64,000 nt of DNA from Eledone cirrhosa (lineage: Eukaryota). The position numbers and the translations under genes are program-made. Numbering within the stretch: the stretch's first letter is position 1; every line of letters begins with the position of its first letter. This document shows positions 1 through 13,577 of this stretch, piece after piece. The notes beneath the pieces are model-generated. The model made no database searches and was not told the DNA's origin. It saw only the letters and a list, made by a program, of their open reading frames with translations. The stretch lies in contig OZ024743.1 of assembly GCA_964016885.1 (NCBI GenBank), positions 231,570,001-231,634,000 of the forward strand. The letters run 5' to 3'.

Positions 1-101
<101 letters not shown>

Positions 102-153
102 CAGTATAAAAGAGAAAACACAGGTAAGCATTAAGAGAAGGATTTAATCCAGG

Positions 154-254
154 TATTTACGACCGTTTCATTGGTAGTGCAACCTTATATTGCTATACTG
201 CAAATAGCAGCCACTCAATTATAATTGTTGTTCACAGTCCAAATTTTCAAAATA
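154..254 (-). ncRNA. Type I hammerhead ribozyme motif, type A (inverted pLTR copy)
   Basis: Reverse complement of 3626-3726. Confidence 0.65.
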
Positions 255-473
255 GCGAGTTACTCTTGAAATAATTCTTAATATATAGCGAAAAACATTT
301 ATTTGGAATTGTATTTACTAGTATAGAGAGAGAGGAATCAGGAGGTGAGATGACAGACGGCATAGTATAGAGAGAGAGGAAGGGGGAAGAGGTAGGAAGT
401 AGAATGACAAACTGAGGTGGAGGTAGGGGTAGAGGTGAAAGGATTCTTTGGTCAGTTTTATACGCAGAGTTAG

Positions 474-2717
474 ATGGAAAACTTTCCATTATACAAAGGA
501 CGTAATGGTCGCACCGTGGAATATAACAAGGAAACATACGGCTTCAAATCGTGTAAAAACCCACCTACCAACCCTCAACTGGATGCCTTTGAACAGGACT
601 TACTGAAGATGATTATGAATATCAAATTCAAAAAGCGGAGGAATAATAAACTCCAGAATGACATAAATACATTCATAAAAAAGCTGCGAACCACCAATGG
701 AATTATTGTCAAAGCGGACAAAACATCAAATGTGTATACGATGGATGTCAATACATACAATAGCTTCATACGGAAAGAATTACTTAGGAAATACAAAAAA
801 ACAAATGAGGCGGCACTGATAAACATCAACAACGAGGCACACAATATAGTCAAACACCTAGGAATAGACGACAGAACGGAGCTACTTAAGCCATGTACCC
901 CCACATTTAACCTCGAGGACCACAAGGTAAATTTTGATTATAACCCGACTATTAGACTTATATGCCCATCCAAATCGGACATCGGGAAAATTAGTAAACA
1001 TATATTAGACAGAGTGATAGCACAAATGAAGAATAAACTAGTGATTAAACTATGGGGTAACGCTACCGAAACAATTAAATGGTTTAACAATATAGCTAAC
1101 AAGGAAGTATCTAAATTTATACAATTTGACATTAACGATTATTACTCATCTATATCCCCCAACACCTTGGATAAAGCCTTAGCATTCGCCAAAGCCAATT
1201 CTGACATAACAGACGACGAGATAAAAATCATACTAGCTGCTAGGAAAACAATAATTAAATTTGAAAACGCCTATTGGGAACGTAAGGATAGATTAAATAA
1301 CTTTGACATCACGATGGGGGCTAACGACTCGGCTCAAGTCACAGACTTAGTAGGTATTTACATAGCCCATAGTTTACAAAGCGAGTTTAGCGACCTTCAC
1401 GGTGGAATCTACAGAGACGACGCCCTTCTCCTAGTTAAGAACCTAAATAACCAGAGCATAGAAAGACTCCGTAAGAATATTAGAAAGACTCTCGGAAAAC
1501 TGGACCTTAGCATAACGTACGAGTATAGCACTAAAACAGTTAACTATCTAGATGTGACGCTTAACCTAAATACGGGACTTATAATACCTTTTCACAAGAT
1601 TAATGAAAACTTAGCATACATCAACTGTAACTCAAACCACCCACTATCAATAATTAAATCCATTCCAAGCAGCATATCCCTTAGGATCTCCCGCCTCTCA
1701 TCTAACCGGCAAATCTTCGAAGAACATGCAGAATACTACAATGCCGCATTAGACAAGGCAGGCCACTTAGATAGAGTATATATAGATGAAAGCCTCTGTG
1801 AAGCACACACGAACACGCATAACACAAACTCCAGAAACACACGCATACACACGTTTACGCATAGAACCGCAAAGTATACGGCAAATGGAAGTACAACATC
1901 GAAATCAAACAAGTCACGCAGTAGAAAATATATTTGGTATAACCCCATATTTAACACCTCTATTAGTACTAACCTACCCTCTACTTTCTTTAGAATAATA
2001 AATAGGCACATTCCAGATTCACATAGATACAGCAAAATCCTTAACACTAAATCTATTAGACTATCCTACTCCACGGCACCAAATATAGAAGCACACATTA
2101 AGATGCTTAACGCTAAAAAGTTACATAACAACACCAAAACACAAATTTACAACAATAACAATACAATTACCACCGAACACAACAGAATATCTAATACACA
2201 ACCACCCGCTAATAGGCAAACAAAACGTAACACACTTGTTCAGGCATCGCAGCCCACAAATAATGCCAAAGTTGCCCATAACAAAAAATGCAACTGCCAC
2301 CTACCTGAAACCTGTCCATTAATAAATGAATGTATGCAGTCTAACCTGGTTTACCAATGCACAGTGGAATCAGACAACCAAAAATGGTATTACATCGGAG
2401 CGACTGGGAATACTTTTAAAGCTCGTTGGTATACACACCGTTACGCAATGAAACATTCCCAGCACAGTTATGTAACTACCCTTGCAAACAAGACCTGGAA
2501 ACTGAGGGAAAGTAACCATCAATACACCCTGAAGTGGAAAAAATTATCAAACGCACCCCCATATCGGAGTGGTATGAGAAGCTGTCGATTATGCGACCTT
2601 GAGCTGTTCCACATCTTAAGTTCGAAGAATAGGTTACTCAACAATAAAATTGAGAGATCAATTTATTGTAACCATAGACTCAAAGAGAAATGTTCGCACT
2701 ACAAATCGAACACTTAA
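474..2717 (+). CDS. PLE reverse transcriptase + C-terminal GIY-YIG-type endonuclease (747 aa; true N-terminus frameshifted/truncated)
   Basis: ADKT (DKG-like motif), FDINDYYSSI, ITMGANDSAQVTDLVG, GIYRDDAL, VNYLDVTL, CNCHLPETCPLINEC linker, LVYQC...YYIGAT...FKARWYTH, CRLCDLE, CNHR. Confidence 0.9.
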   Translation: MENFPLYKGRNGRTVEYNKETYGFKSCKNPPTNPQLDAFEQDLLKMIMNIKFKKRRNNKLQNDINTFIKKLRTTNGIIVKADKTSNVYTMDVNTYNSFIRKELLRKYKKTNEAALININNEAHNIVKHLGIDDRTELLKPCTPTFNLEDHKVNFDYNPTIRLICPSKSDIGKISKHILDRVIAQMKNKLVIKLWGNATETIKWFNNIANKEVSKFIQFDINDYYSSISPNTLDKALAFAKANSDITDDEIKIILAARKTIIKFENAYWERKDRLNNFDITMGANDSAQVTDLVGIYIAHSLQSEFSDLHGGIYRDDALLLVKNLNNQSIERLRKNIRKTLGKLDLSITYEYSTKTVNYLDVTLNLNTGLIIPFHKINENLAYINCNSNHPLSIIKSIPSSISLRISRLSSNRQIFEEHAEYYNAALDKAGHLDRVYIDESLCEAHTNTHNTNSRNTRIHTFTHRTAKYTANGSTTSKSNKSRSRKYIWYNPIFNTSISTNLPSTFFRIINRHIPDSHRYSKILNTKSIRLSYSTAPNIEAHIKMLNAKKLHNNTKTQIYNNNNTITTEHNRISNTQPPANRQTKRNTLVQASQPTNNAKVAHNKKCNCHLPETCPLINECMQSNLVYQCTVESDNQKWYYIGATGNTFKARWYTHRYAMKHSQHSYVTTLANKTWKLRESNHQYTLKWKKLSNAPPYRSGMRSCRLCDLELFHILSSKNRLLNNKIERSIYCNHRLKEKCSHYKSNT

Positions 2718-2976
2718 CCTCTTACTAACCAACTGACAAACTACATATACTTAGACTTTATACCCTCTTATATCTAGACCCTTTAATTACCCACAAAACC
2801 AATACGTATATCTCCCCTCTTCTCCCTCATTCCTCTTCTATTTCTTCGTTTTCTTCCTTCCTTCCTCCTTCTTGGCTATCTTTTCCTTTCTTCCCTCTCA
2901 CCCCCTTTGCTTTTATTTTTGTCATTATTATCTTTATTTTTATTTTTATATATAGATATATATATATATATATATA

Positions 2977-3164
2977 GCGAGGGAAAAGTGGTAAGGAACC
3001 AGGTGGACCTTAACGCACCAAAGTACTCAATACTTAGGGTAGTAGAGTGGGTAATAGGAGTAAGTAAGACCCCGACGGCTGAGCTCAAGCCGTTTCGACG
3101 GCTAATTCCGTACAGAATTAGCCGTCGAAACGGCTTGAGCTCAGCCGTCGGGGTCTTACTTACT

Positions 3165-3168
<4 letters not shown>
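2977..3168. repeat. Foldback fragment of the type G PLE terminus inserted in a TA tract of element A; ~55-bp arms around CGTACA
   Basis: ...GACGGCTGAGCTCAAGCCGTTTCGACGGCTAATTC cgtaca GAATTAGCCGTCGAAACGGCTTGAGCTCAGCCGTC...; homologous to 17279-17411. Confidence 0.85.
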
Positions 3169-3259
<91 letters not shown>

Positions 3260-3625
3260 ATGTGTATGTGTGTATGTGTGTATATATATATATATATATG
3301 TTTATCTCTTTATATCTCCCCCCCCCCTCTCTCTCCCTCTCTGTCCATCCCTCCCACTATTATTTATTTAATTCTCTTTAACTCACTACACTCCACGACA
3401 TGATGTCTGCTATCAAAACTGACCAAAGAATCCTTCCACCTCTACCCCTACCTCCACCTCAGTTTGTCATTCTACTTCCTACCTCTTCCCCCTTCCTCTC
3501 TCTCTATACTATGCCGTCTGTCATCTCACCTCCTGATTCCTCTCTCTCTCTATACTAGTAAATACAATTCCAAATAAATGTTTTTCTCTATATATTAAGA
3601 ATTATTTCAAGAGTAACTTACTCAC

Positions 3626-3726
3626 TATTTTGAAAATTTGGACTGTGAACAACAATTATAATTGAGTGGCTGCTATTTGCAGTATAGCAATATAAGGTTG
3701 CACTACCAATGAAACGGTCGTAAATA
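3626..3726 (+). ncRNA. Type I hammerhead ribozyme motif, type A (U3:A8 core, long helix II)
   Basis: TATT-TTGAAAA-t-TTGG..(~65 nt)..CCAA-t-GAAA-CGGTCG-TA-AATA; AATAAA follows at ~3733. Confidence 0.65.
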
Positions 3727-3918
3727 CCTGGAATAAATCCTTCTCTTAATGCTTACTTGTGTTTTCTCTTTTATATTTTATACTCCAAGATTGAACGGAA
3801 TTCTTACAAACTTGTGAGGTTACCCCTAACCGTACGTTGAAACCATCCATGAAACTGGCTTTCTTAACCAAAAACTGGATTACATTAAGCAATTTTTTGC
3901 TTCTCTAACTATATGTAT

Positions 3919-4016
<98 letters not shown>

Positions 4017-4093
4017 GTATAAAGAAAAAGGGATGAAATCGAAAATGCAACTGAAGTCTTATTTTTTTTTTAAATATATATATTTATTTGGTT

Positions 4094-4131
4094 CCTTTAC
4101 CGGTTTCGCAGTTCTTCTGCTTTTCAAAAGG
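4094..4131 (-). ncRNA. Minimal type I hammerhead, type D (U3:A8), in a solo pLTR fragment 4021-4165
   Basis: Minus strand CCTT-TTGAAAA-GCAG-aagaa-CTGC-GAAA-CCGG-TA-AAGG. Confidence 0.8.
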
Positions 4132-4259
4132 TGAGTTGAGATGGAGGGTCTGTGGTTTTTCTCTATACTTCCACTCGTGTAGGACACCTCGGTTATTTTT
4201 CATTTTGTAAAAAAAACCTCACTTTCTAATATATATGTATATATATACATATATATATA

Positions 4260-4296
<37 letters not shown>

Positions 4297-5689
4297 TATA
4301 TGTGAATGTATAAGTGTGATTCTAAGTTGGTCTTCAGCACCATTGCTACGTTAAAGTTATTACCCCCGGTTAAACCTAAAGTTACAAATCTTTTTCGTTC
4401 TAATACAAATGTCCCTGCAGCATTTCTTCTAACTGACAACCACCAATTTAGATAGAAATGATATTATCTTTATAAGACGATATTGTGTTCTAATCTTGAA
4501 CTCACAACTATCGCATCTTAGGTCAAATTATCTTTTCTTCTCTGTTGTCTTTTGATTTCCACAATAACAAATATTTTGGCTCACAGCTAAATGTATAAAT
4601 GTATTTGTGACATATGATTTTTATGTGTTACTGAAATACACCATAACGAATCCATGCCCATTCATACACGCACACATAAATAGAAAACCATGGACATACA
4701 CGTAAATATTTATCATCTGTATGTGTATATATATATTAATAATGTTATTGAAGACGTTAGTAAACATTGATATAATTATTTGCATTCAGAGTGTTTCAAA
4801 TTCCATTACCATTGTCCATTTAGTGTTCTTCTGAATATAAATTTACTCATTGTATCTAAGTTTCAAGTCTCTCTTTATCTTTCACAAGCAAGGTCTTTTT
4901 TTTTTGTGGTAGTTTCTGGTAGATAAAGTGCTAGGTAAAATCATAAACAATTACATGGATTGTCAAACAAAATACACTTAATGTTTCACACAACGTATTC
5001 ACGATGTAACAGAGATTGGGGAACAATCTAATCATATATATTACAGTAAATGGCACTAACTATTCACATTTTTTTTTATTGAACCTACATCAGCACTGGT
5101 TAAACAGACGTATGTTCAAATACATTTTACATGCGGCAATCCCGATACATTATCTAATAGGTTTAACATTTTCTAATTTTGAACTGAGGAAGATTTGGCG
5201 GCTATTTCTAAAACAATTACCGATTAAATTAAAGGCTTCTTTATTGACACGGTCTCACCCATATTCTTAATATACCTTCACGAATCCGCCCTTAAAATAG
5301 GTGAAAACTATCTCAAACTCATGATTTTCGCTTTCGTCTACTGAATAAGTATAATGTTTAGGAAACTATGTACTGTAACTAAGCATGAATATAAGTGATA
5401 ATATATACCAGCACTAATTGTATACCCGCCTCCCCTATATATTTTAGATATATCCTAGGCATCTACGAAATAATTACGTCCATTAAAGCGCTAATGAGAG
5501 AACCTCTATGTAGTCAAGCTACATTCTAGAAAGTGCAGTCAAATTGCCGATAAATCACGCAACTTGCAGTTTTTAAGAGGATCATTGAAACATGAGTATA
5601 TATAAAAGTGGACCCTACTAAATTCGTGATGGATCCGTAAGAGCACCGATTCGAACCATGGCGTGTCTTGGCCATTTAAAAACCTGACA

Positions 5690-5888
5690 GGACCCATCCA
5701 TCTACAGGTCAGAGTACAACTAATTTATTCCGGAGAAAGTGAAAGTTGGTCCCGGGTCAGAACTGGTATTACATTTATAGATGTCAAAAGGGAGAAAGGC
5801 AAAGTGGATCTCGGCGGCATTTGAACTCAGATACAAGAAAGCCGGAACAAATACCGAGTTATATTAAATCCGATGCCCTCGCAATTCA
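5690..5888 (-). mobile_element. Degenerate tRNA-derived SINE, related to 8376-8575
   Basis: Minus strand TCTGAGTTCAAATGCCGCCGAGATCCACTTTGCCTTTC, matching the B-box/core of the other copies. Confidence 0.6.
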
Positions 5889-6067
5889 AAGAGTGATTAT
5901 TAGTTTATTTAAAGACAGCAGATGTAAACTGACACAAAACAACATCAATAACAACACCGAGACGCTAAATAGAATTTATTCTTTGAATCATGATGAAATA
6001 TATTTCTTTGGGACATGCATATAAATATATATATATATTTAATCCTTTTTCTTAAATAAATTAAATA

Positions 6068-6752
6068 TCATCCAGCAAGAATTGCTTCCCCCTGCAAATT
6101 AACTCTCTAAAGAGGAAATCATATCAAACCTCAGTCCACTATTTGCCTCCACCATGGAATCATGGATCAACTAAGCACTCTTGCTATATTAACACATTTT
6201 GATCTGCTTAACTTCAAGAACTATGCCTGTAAATAACATTATTTTTTCTTCCAATTTGACTTTTTATGCTCTACATTACGCCCGTTTTTTTTCTTTTTTT
6301 CTTTTTTCTTTTTTCTTTTTTCTTTTTTTCTTTTTTCTTTTTTCTTTTTTCTTTTTTTCTTTTTTCTTTTTTCTTTTTTCTTTTTTCTTTTTTCTTTTTA
6401 TTTTTTCTTTTTTCTTTTTTCTTTTTTTTTTCACTTCATGAAACTTGTTTGTAAATAGCATTATTCTTTCTGCACCTTCTCTTTAACATGTGTGACACCA
6501 CACTAATACATTTCACTATCATTTGATAGTGCATAAAAATGCTGAAACCGGTAATAGACAATTATTAAATATATAAATATATAAATAAATGCCGTTGTTA
6601 AATAATAAATAAATTAACTAATACCTAAACATTTCAGTCAAAGTAAAACATTTCGTTTTAATCATTTTCTAACCCAGAAAAAAAGACAGAGAAACAAAAA
6701 AGGAAAAAAATATATTATTCGTACTAATAATCGTCTCTTTCTCCCTGTTTTC
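6068..6752 (+). mobile_element. ORF-less pLTR-like module, type F, copy 1 (with internal TTTTTC repeat)
   Basis: Near-identical to 19557-20192; ends in (TA)n; contains an HHR-like motif. Confidence 0.75.
6516..6557 (+). ncRNA. Atypical hammerhead-like motif, type F (TTGATAG core)
   Basis: CTAT-cat-TTGATAG-t-GCAT-aaaa-ATGC-t-GAAA-CCGG-TA-ATAG; deviates at position 9 and in helix I spacing. Confidence 0.4.
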
Positions 6753-6771
6753 ATATATATATATATATATA

Positions 6772-6940
<169 letters not shown>

Positions 6941-6980
6941 TACATGTATATATGTATATATATATATATATATCTGTGTG

Positions 6981-7012
<32 letters not shown>

Positions 7013-7018
7013 TATATA

Positions 7019-7106
7019 GGCTGGAGATAAAATGTGTAGCAACAAGGGCGGTTCCCCAGCATGGCCTCAGCCGGATGGCTGAAACAGGTAAAAGAGTAAA
7101 AGAGTA
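7019..7106 (+). mobile_element. 3' tail of CR1-type LINE (severely 5'-truncated); further copies 11173-11260 and 13291-13378
   Basis: GGCTGGAGATAAAATGTGTAGCAACAAGGGCGG..CCCCAGCATGGCCTCAGCC..GGCTGAAACAGG(TAAAAGAG)2, the same tail as 11311-11633. Confidence 0.8.
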
Positions 7107-7154
7107 TGTATGTATATATATACATATATGTATATATATATATGTGTATATATA

Positions 7155-7201
<47 letters not shown>

Positions 7202-7378
7202 ATTATTAAAATATATATATATATATATGTGCATATATGTATATATATATATATATATATGGATATATATATATATATATATGTGTATATATATATATAT
7301 GTCTATATATATATGTATATATATGTATATATATATATGTATATATATGTATATATATATGTATATATATATATATGT

Positions 7379-7456
<78 letters not shown>

Positions 7457-7461
7457 TGTAT

Positions 7462-7500
<39 letters not shown>

Positions 7501-7502
<2 letters not shown>

Positions 7503-7872
7503 GAAAGATTTGAATGGATACAGTTTAGTTGAAAGGAATTTATTGACACGTGTTTCTATAACAGTTACATAACCTGAAAACAGCTGCTATCTACAAATTT
7601 TTAGTTATGCAGATATTCAATATTTCAATGTTATTATTTACTGTCATTTCATCAGAATAATATTATTGAGGACCTATTTGGTTTTTATAGAGAATATTAG
7701 GAGGGAAACACGTGTCAATAAATTCCTTTCAACTAAACTGTATCCATTCAAATCTTTCTATTTTTCTCCGGATTACTTTTGGAACTACCACTGGAACCGT
7801 CGAGCAAACTCTACGTGAGCTGTCAATCTACTGTGTGTAATATTTATATTACAATACAACGGAAAATACTGT
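7501..7872 (+). mobile_element. ORF-less PLE terminus with 56-bp inverted arms (7501-7556 / 7705-7760)
   Basis: Perfect reverse-complement arms; TA-flanked; HHR-like motif inside. Confidence 0.75.
7661..7720 (+). ncRNA. Hammerhead-like motif (TTGAGGA core, ACACGTGT helix III)
   Basis: TATT-a-TTGAGGA-CCT...AGG-GAAA-CACGTG-TC-AATA(AA). Confidence 0.55.
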
Positions 7873-7877
7873 ATATG

Positions 7878-7917
<40 letters not shown>

Positions 7918-7921
7918 TATG

Positions 7922-7988
<67 letters not shown>

Positions 7989-8179
7989 GTATGTATATAT
8001 ATATATGTATGTATATATATATATGTATATATATATATGTGTGTATATATATATATATATGTATGTATATATATATATGTATATATATATATGTGTGTGT
8101 ATATATATATATGTATATATATATATGTGTGTGTATATATATATATGTGTGTGTATATATATATATATGTATATATATG

Positions 8180-8246
<67 letters not shown>

Positions 8247-8293
8247 CTATATATATATATATGTATATATATATATCTATATATATATATATG

Positions 8294-8325
<32 letters not shown>

Positions 8326-8375
8326 TATATCTATATATATCTATCTATATATGTATATATATATATATGTAAAAA

Positions 8376-8575
8376 GGCGGTGGATTGGCAGTATCGGTAG
8401 AGGGTCGGACGCCATGCTTTCGAGCATAGTTACGTCCCTTTACGATCTGAGTTCAAATCCCGCCGAGGCTGACTTGGCCTTTCATCCTTACGGGGTCGAT
8501 AAAATAAAGTACCAGTAATGCACTGGGTAATTGCTGGCCTTGTGCCTAAAGTAGAAACAATTATTATCATTACTA
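8376..8575 (+). mobile_element. tRNA-derived SINE (octopus OR-like)
   Basis: A-box-like TGGCAGTATCGG, B-box GAGTTCAAATCC, GGGGTCGATAAAATAAAGTACCAG core, (ATT)n-like tail; further copies at 42400-43242. Confidence 0.75.
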
Positions 8576-8598
8576 TTTGATACTGATTTATTATATAT

Positions 8599-9207
8599 GT
8601 CAGGTCACCAGTTGGTGCTACTGGTAACATGTATCCCAGTACAACCTGTCTCATGGTCGGGTCGTTGGCGACTAAACTGGCAACCCCACCAAGGTTTCTT
8701 GGTGAGGAGGGTGACTTTGGACATCCTGCAGGACTAAAAACAAAACCTGTCAAAGGGCAAAGGAGCTCGTAAGAGTCAATGGCCATCCAAAATCACCGGG
8801 AGAGATGACCCCTTAGCCTTTGTCAAGGCAGAATTCTAGGAGAAGGAAAACTCTGATATAACACCTGCAACCCTGATGATATCCAATGATGTTGACTTGT
8901 TCTTCTTTTTGGTAAATATCATCTTGGTTAAGAGAGTGGGACTGGCTTTGTGCAGTGCCTTTGCTCACTATAAAAGCTTCACGGCACAGGCATTGCTTTG
9001 TATCTGGAGATCTCTCTGCACTTGTCGTCACATGGTACCATGGGCCCAGCACTATGTGTCAATAATTGTCACAAGTGTAGTGTCTGTACCAGAGTTTTCA
9101 AGTCGCTGGCTGGACTAAAAAGTCACACTCGTTCAGCGCATCGGTAGGGGTTCTCCTACATGGATATAAAGTAGTGGCCGTACTCGAAAACGAGTTGGCA
9201 GCCACCA
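8599..9207 (+). mobile_element. Non-autonomous bipartite RTE-derived retroposon, copy 1
   Basis: RTE-like 5' UTR motifs (GGCGACTAAACTGGCAACCCC; CTAGGAGAAGGAAAACTCTGA) joined to an ORF C-terminal zinc-finger remnant ([19 protein letters not shown]) and a terminal hairpin CTCGAAAACGAG. Confidence 0.7.
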
Positions 9208-9241
9208 TATATATATATATATATATCTATATATCTATATC

Positions 9242-9349
<108 letters not shown>

Positions 9350-9409
9350 TGTATATATATGTATATATATATATGTATATATGTATATGTATATGTATAT
9401 ACTTATATG

Positions 9410-9456
<47 letters not shown>

Positions 9457-9537
9457 AAGTATATATGTATATGTATATATATATATGTATATATGTATAA
9501 GTATATATATATATGTATATATGTATATTTATATATG

Positions 9538-9571
<34 letters not shown>

Positions 9572-9701
9572 TATACATGTATATTATTAAAAAATATATG
9601 TATATGTATATATGTATATGTATATATATGTATATGTATATATGTATATATATATGTATGTATATATATATATATACATGTATATTATTTAAAAATGTAT
9701 A

Positions 9702-9767
<66 letters not shown>

Positions 9768-10301
9768 GATATATATATATATATATGTAGATATATATAT
9801 ATGTGTATATATATGTTTATATGTATATATATATATATATATATATGTAGATATATATATATGTATGTATGTATATGTATATATATATGTATGTATGTAT
9901 GTAGATATATATATATGTGTATATATATGTTTATATGTATAAAAATATATATATGTATGTATATATATATATATGTATGTATGTATATGTATATATATAT
10001 GTATGTATGTATGTATATATATATATATGTATATATAGAGGTTATCACATACTTAAAATTAATTAAATTAAATCAAAGATACATATATGTGTTGCAACTG
10101 TTCACTTTTAAGCTCAATGAAGAATTAATAATTTAAAATAAAAAAATCAGAGCATTATATCATAAATCGTGTCTATAGAATCAATCAGATATTAAAGTAT
10201 ATACTATTTCTTCTTCTAATCAGCAAAATTAACCATATACATAATCAAATCTAGCAAGCTTTAAGAATGAATTTTCTAACGGGGAAATCTCCGACAAATA
10301 A

Positions 10302-10358
<57 letters not shown>

Positions 10359-10518
10359 ATATATATATATATGTATGTATGTATGTATATATATATATAT
10401 ATGTATATATATATGTATATATATATATATATGTATATATATACATATACATGTATGTATATATATATATATGTATATATACACATATACATGTATATAT
10501 GTATATATATATGTATAT

Positions 10519-10937
10519 GGCTATCCAAAATCACCGGGATAGTTGACCCCTTAGCCTTTGTCAAGGCAGAATTCTAGGAGAAGGAAAACTCTGATATAAC
10601 ACCTGCAACTTTCATGGTATCCGATGATGTTGACTTGTTCTTCTTTTTGGTAAATATCATCTTGGTTAAGAGAGTGGGACTGGCTTTGTGCAGTGCCTTT
10701 GCTCACTATAAAAGCTTCACGGCACAGGCATTGCTTTATATCTGGAGATCTATCTGCACTTGTCGTCACCTGGTACCAAGGCCCAGCACTATGTGTCAAT
10801 GATTGTCACAGGTGTAGTGTTTGTACCGGAGTTTTCAAGTCGCTGGCTGGACTAAGTCACACTCGTTCAGCATTGGTAGGAGTTCTCTTACATGGATATA
10901 AAGTAGTGGCCGTACTCGAAACGAGTTGGCAACCACC
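10519..10937 (+). mobile_element. RTE-derived non-autonomous retroposon, 5'-truncated copy 2
   Basis: Homologous to 8781-9207. Confidence 0.7.
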
Positions 10938-10976
10938 ATATATGTATATATATATATATATGTATATATATACATG

Positions 10977-11087
<111 letters not shown>

Positions 11088-11126
11088 ATATATATATATA
11101 TGTGTGTATATATATATATATGTGTG

Positions 11127-11173
<47 letters not shown>

Positions 11174-11310
11174 CCTGGAGATAAAATGTGTAGCAACAAC
11201 GGCGGTGCCCCAGCGTGGCCTCAGCCGGATGGCTTAAACAGGAAAAAGAGTAAAAGAGTATGTATATATATATGTATATATATATATATATGTCTATATA
11301 TATATGTATA

Positions 11311-11633
11311 TTCCACATCTAGAATAAGGAGCAGGTATTGCAATAGCCTGGTATTCAAGGACCATCAACTCTTCAACAGGCTGCCGAGGCATCTGAGAGA
11401 CTTGCATGACGTGGAGGTGGATGACTTTAAGAAACATCTCGACACCTTGTTATCCAGGATCCCGGATGAGCCCACAGCAAGACACGAGGGAAACCTAAGG
11501 GCAGCAGCAACAATCTCCCTCCTACACCAGTGGCCAACCTATACAGGCTGGAGATAAAATGTGTAGCAACAAGGGCGGTGCCCCAGCATGGCCTCAGCCG
11601 GATGGCTGAAACAGGTAATAGAGTAAAAGAGAA
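11311..11633 (+). mobile_element. 5'-truncated CR1-type LINE: ORF2 C-terminus plus 3' tail
   Basis: [39 protein letters not shown], followed by the GGCGGTGCCCCAGCATGGCC tail. Confidence 0.8.
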
Positions 11634-11734
11634 TATATATATATATATACATGTATATTATTAAAAAATATATATGTATATATATATATATATATATGTG
11701 TATATATGTATATATATATAAACATATATATATG

Positions 11735-11765
<31 letters not shown>

Positions 11766-11794
11766 GTATATATATGTATTTATATATATGTATA

Positions 11795-11842
<48 letters not shown>

Positions 11843-11843
11843 G

Positions 11844-11891
<48 letters not shown>

Positions 11892-11914
11892 GTATGTATA
11901 TATATATATGTATG

Positions 11915-11949
<35 letters not shown>

Positions 11950-12049
11950 GTGTGTGTGTATATATATATATATATGTAAATATATGTATGTATATATATG
12001 TATATATATATATGTGTGTGTGTATATATATAATATATATATATGTATA

Positions 12050-12249
<200 letters not shown>

Positions 12250-12271
12250 TATGTGTATATATATATATATG

Positions 12272-12318
<47 letters not shown>

Positions 12319-12321
12319 GTT

Positions 12322-12360
<39 letters not shown>

Positions 12361-12433
12361 GTATATGTATATGTATATATATGTATATATATATATATTT
12401 ATATATATATATGTATATGTATATATGTATCTG

Positions 12434-12514
<81 letters not shown>

Positions 12515-12620
12515 ATTATTAAAATATATATATATATATATGTATATGTATATATGTATATGTATATATATATATATGTATATGTATATATGTATATATA
12601 TGTATATATATGTATGTATA

Positions 12621-12692
<72 letters not shown>

Positions 12693-12771
12693 GTATATAT
12701 ATATATAAATATATATGTATGTATGTATATATATGTATGTATGTGTATATATATATATATATGTATGTATG

Positions 12772-12804
<33 letters not shown>

Positions 12805-12901
12805 ATATATATATATATGTATGTATATATATATGTATGTATATATATATATATGTATATATATGTATGTATTTATATATATATATATGTATGTATATAT
12901 G

Positions 12902-12970
<69 letters not shown>

Positions 12971-12971
12971 T

Positions 12972-13056
<85 letters not shown>

Positions 13057-13121
13057 ATATATATATATGTATATATATATATGTATATATATGTATACAT
13101 GTATATATGTATATATATATG

Positions 13122-13154
<33 letters not shown>

Positions 13155-13164
13155 TATACATGTA

Positions 13165-13244
<80 letters not shown>

Positions 13245-13246
13245 TG

Positions 13247-13284
<38 letters not shown>

Positions 13285-13426
13285 TATATAGGCTGGAGAT
13301 AAAATGTGTAGCAACAAGGGCGGTGCCCCAGCAAGGCCTCAGCCGGATGGCTGAAACAGGTAAAAGAGTAAAAGTGTATGTATATATATATATATATATA
13401 TGTATATGTATATATATATATATGTG

Positions 13427-13476
<50 letters not shown>

Positions 13477-13540
13477 AGTATATTATTAAAAAATGTATGT
13501 GTATATGAAAATTGCAAACTCGACTGTCACCACATATCAT

Positions 13541-13577
13541 GAACCTGAAGATTGCGAAAGCATTAAAGTACTTGTTC
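13541..13577 (+). ncRNA. Degenerate minimal hammerhead (G12 replaced by T) in a solo pLTR fragment ~13500-13730
   Basis: GAAC-CTGAAGA-t-TGC-gaaa-GCA-t-TAAA-GTAC-TT-GTTC. Confidence 0.55.

Larger units (their letters stand above)
106..3910 (+). mobile_element. Penelope-like retroelement (Hydra-clade-like), copy A, with inverted 5' pseudo-LTR (106-458) and 3' pseudo-LTR (~3414-3910), flanked by (TA)n
   Basis: 106-458 is the reverse complement of ~3414-3775. RT+EN ORF lies between the arms. TA arrays on both sides; HHR in the pLTR. Confidence 0.9.

Noticed and set aside
474-2717. Assignment to Naiad/Chlamys PLEs or telomerase
   Set aside because: The endonuclease is C-terminal to RT, not N-terminal, and no TERT-specific domains are visible.
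4300-5690. Unique AT-rich stretch with short ORF 5016-5270
   Set aside because: No motif, no reliable exon signals, non-ATG start; treated as intergenic or intronic.
8599-8700. HDV-like or twister ribozyme at the 5' end of the RTE derivative
   Set aside because: Partial pairings exist, but I could not build the full pseudoknot topology by eye.
8813-9118. Recurrent 79-80 aa minus-strand ORFs (MLGPWYHV..., MISNDVDL...) in five copies
   Set aside because: Antisense frames of the RTE-derived repeat; conservation reflects recent copying.
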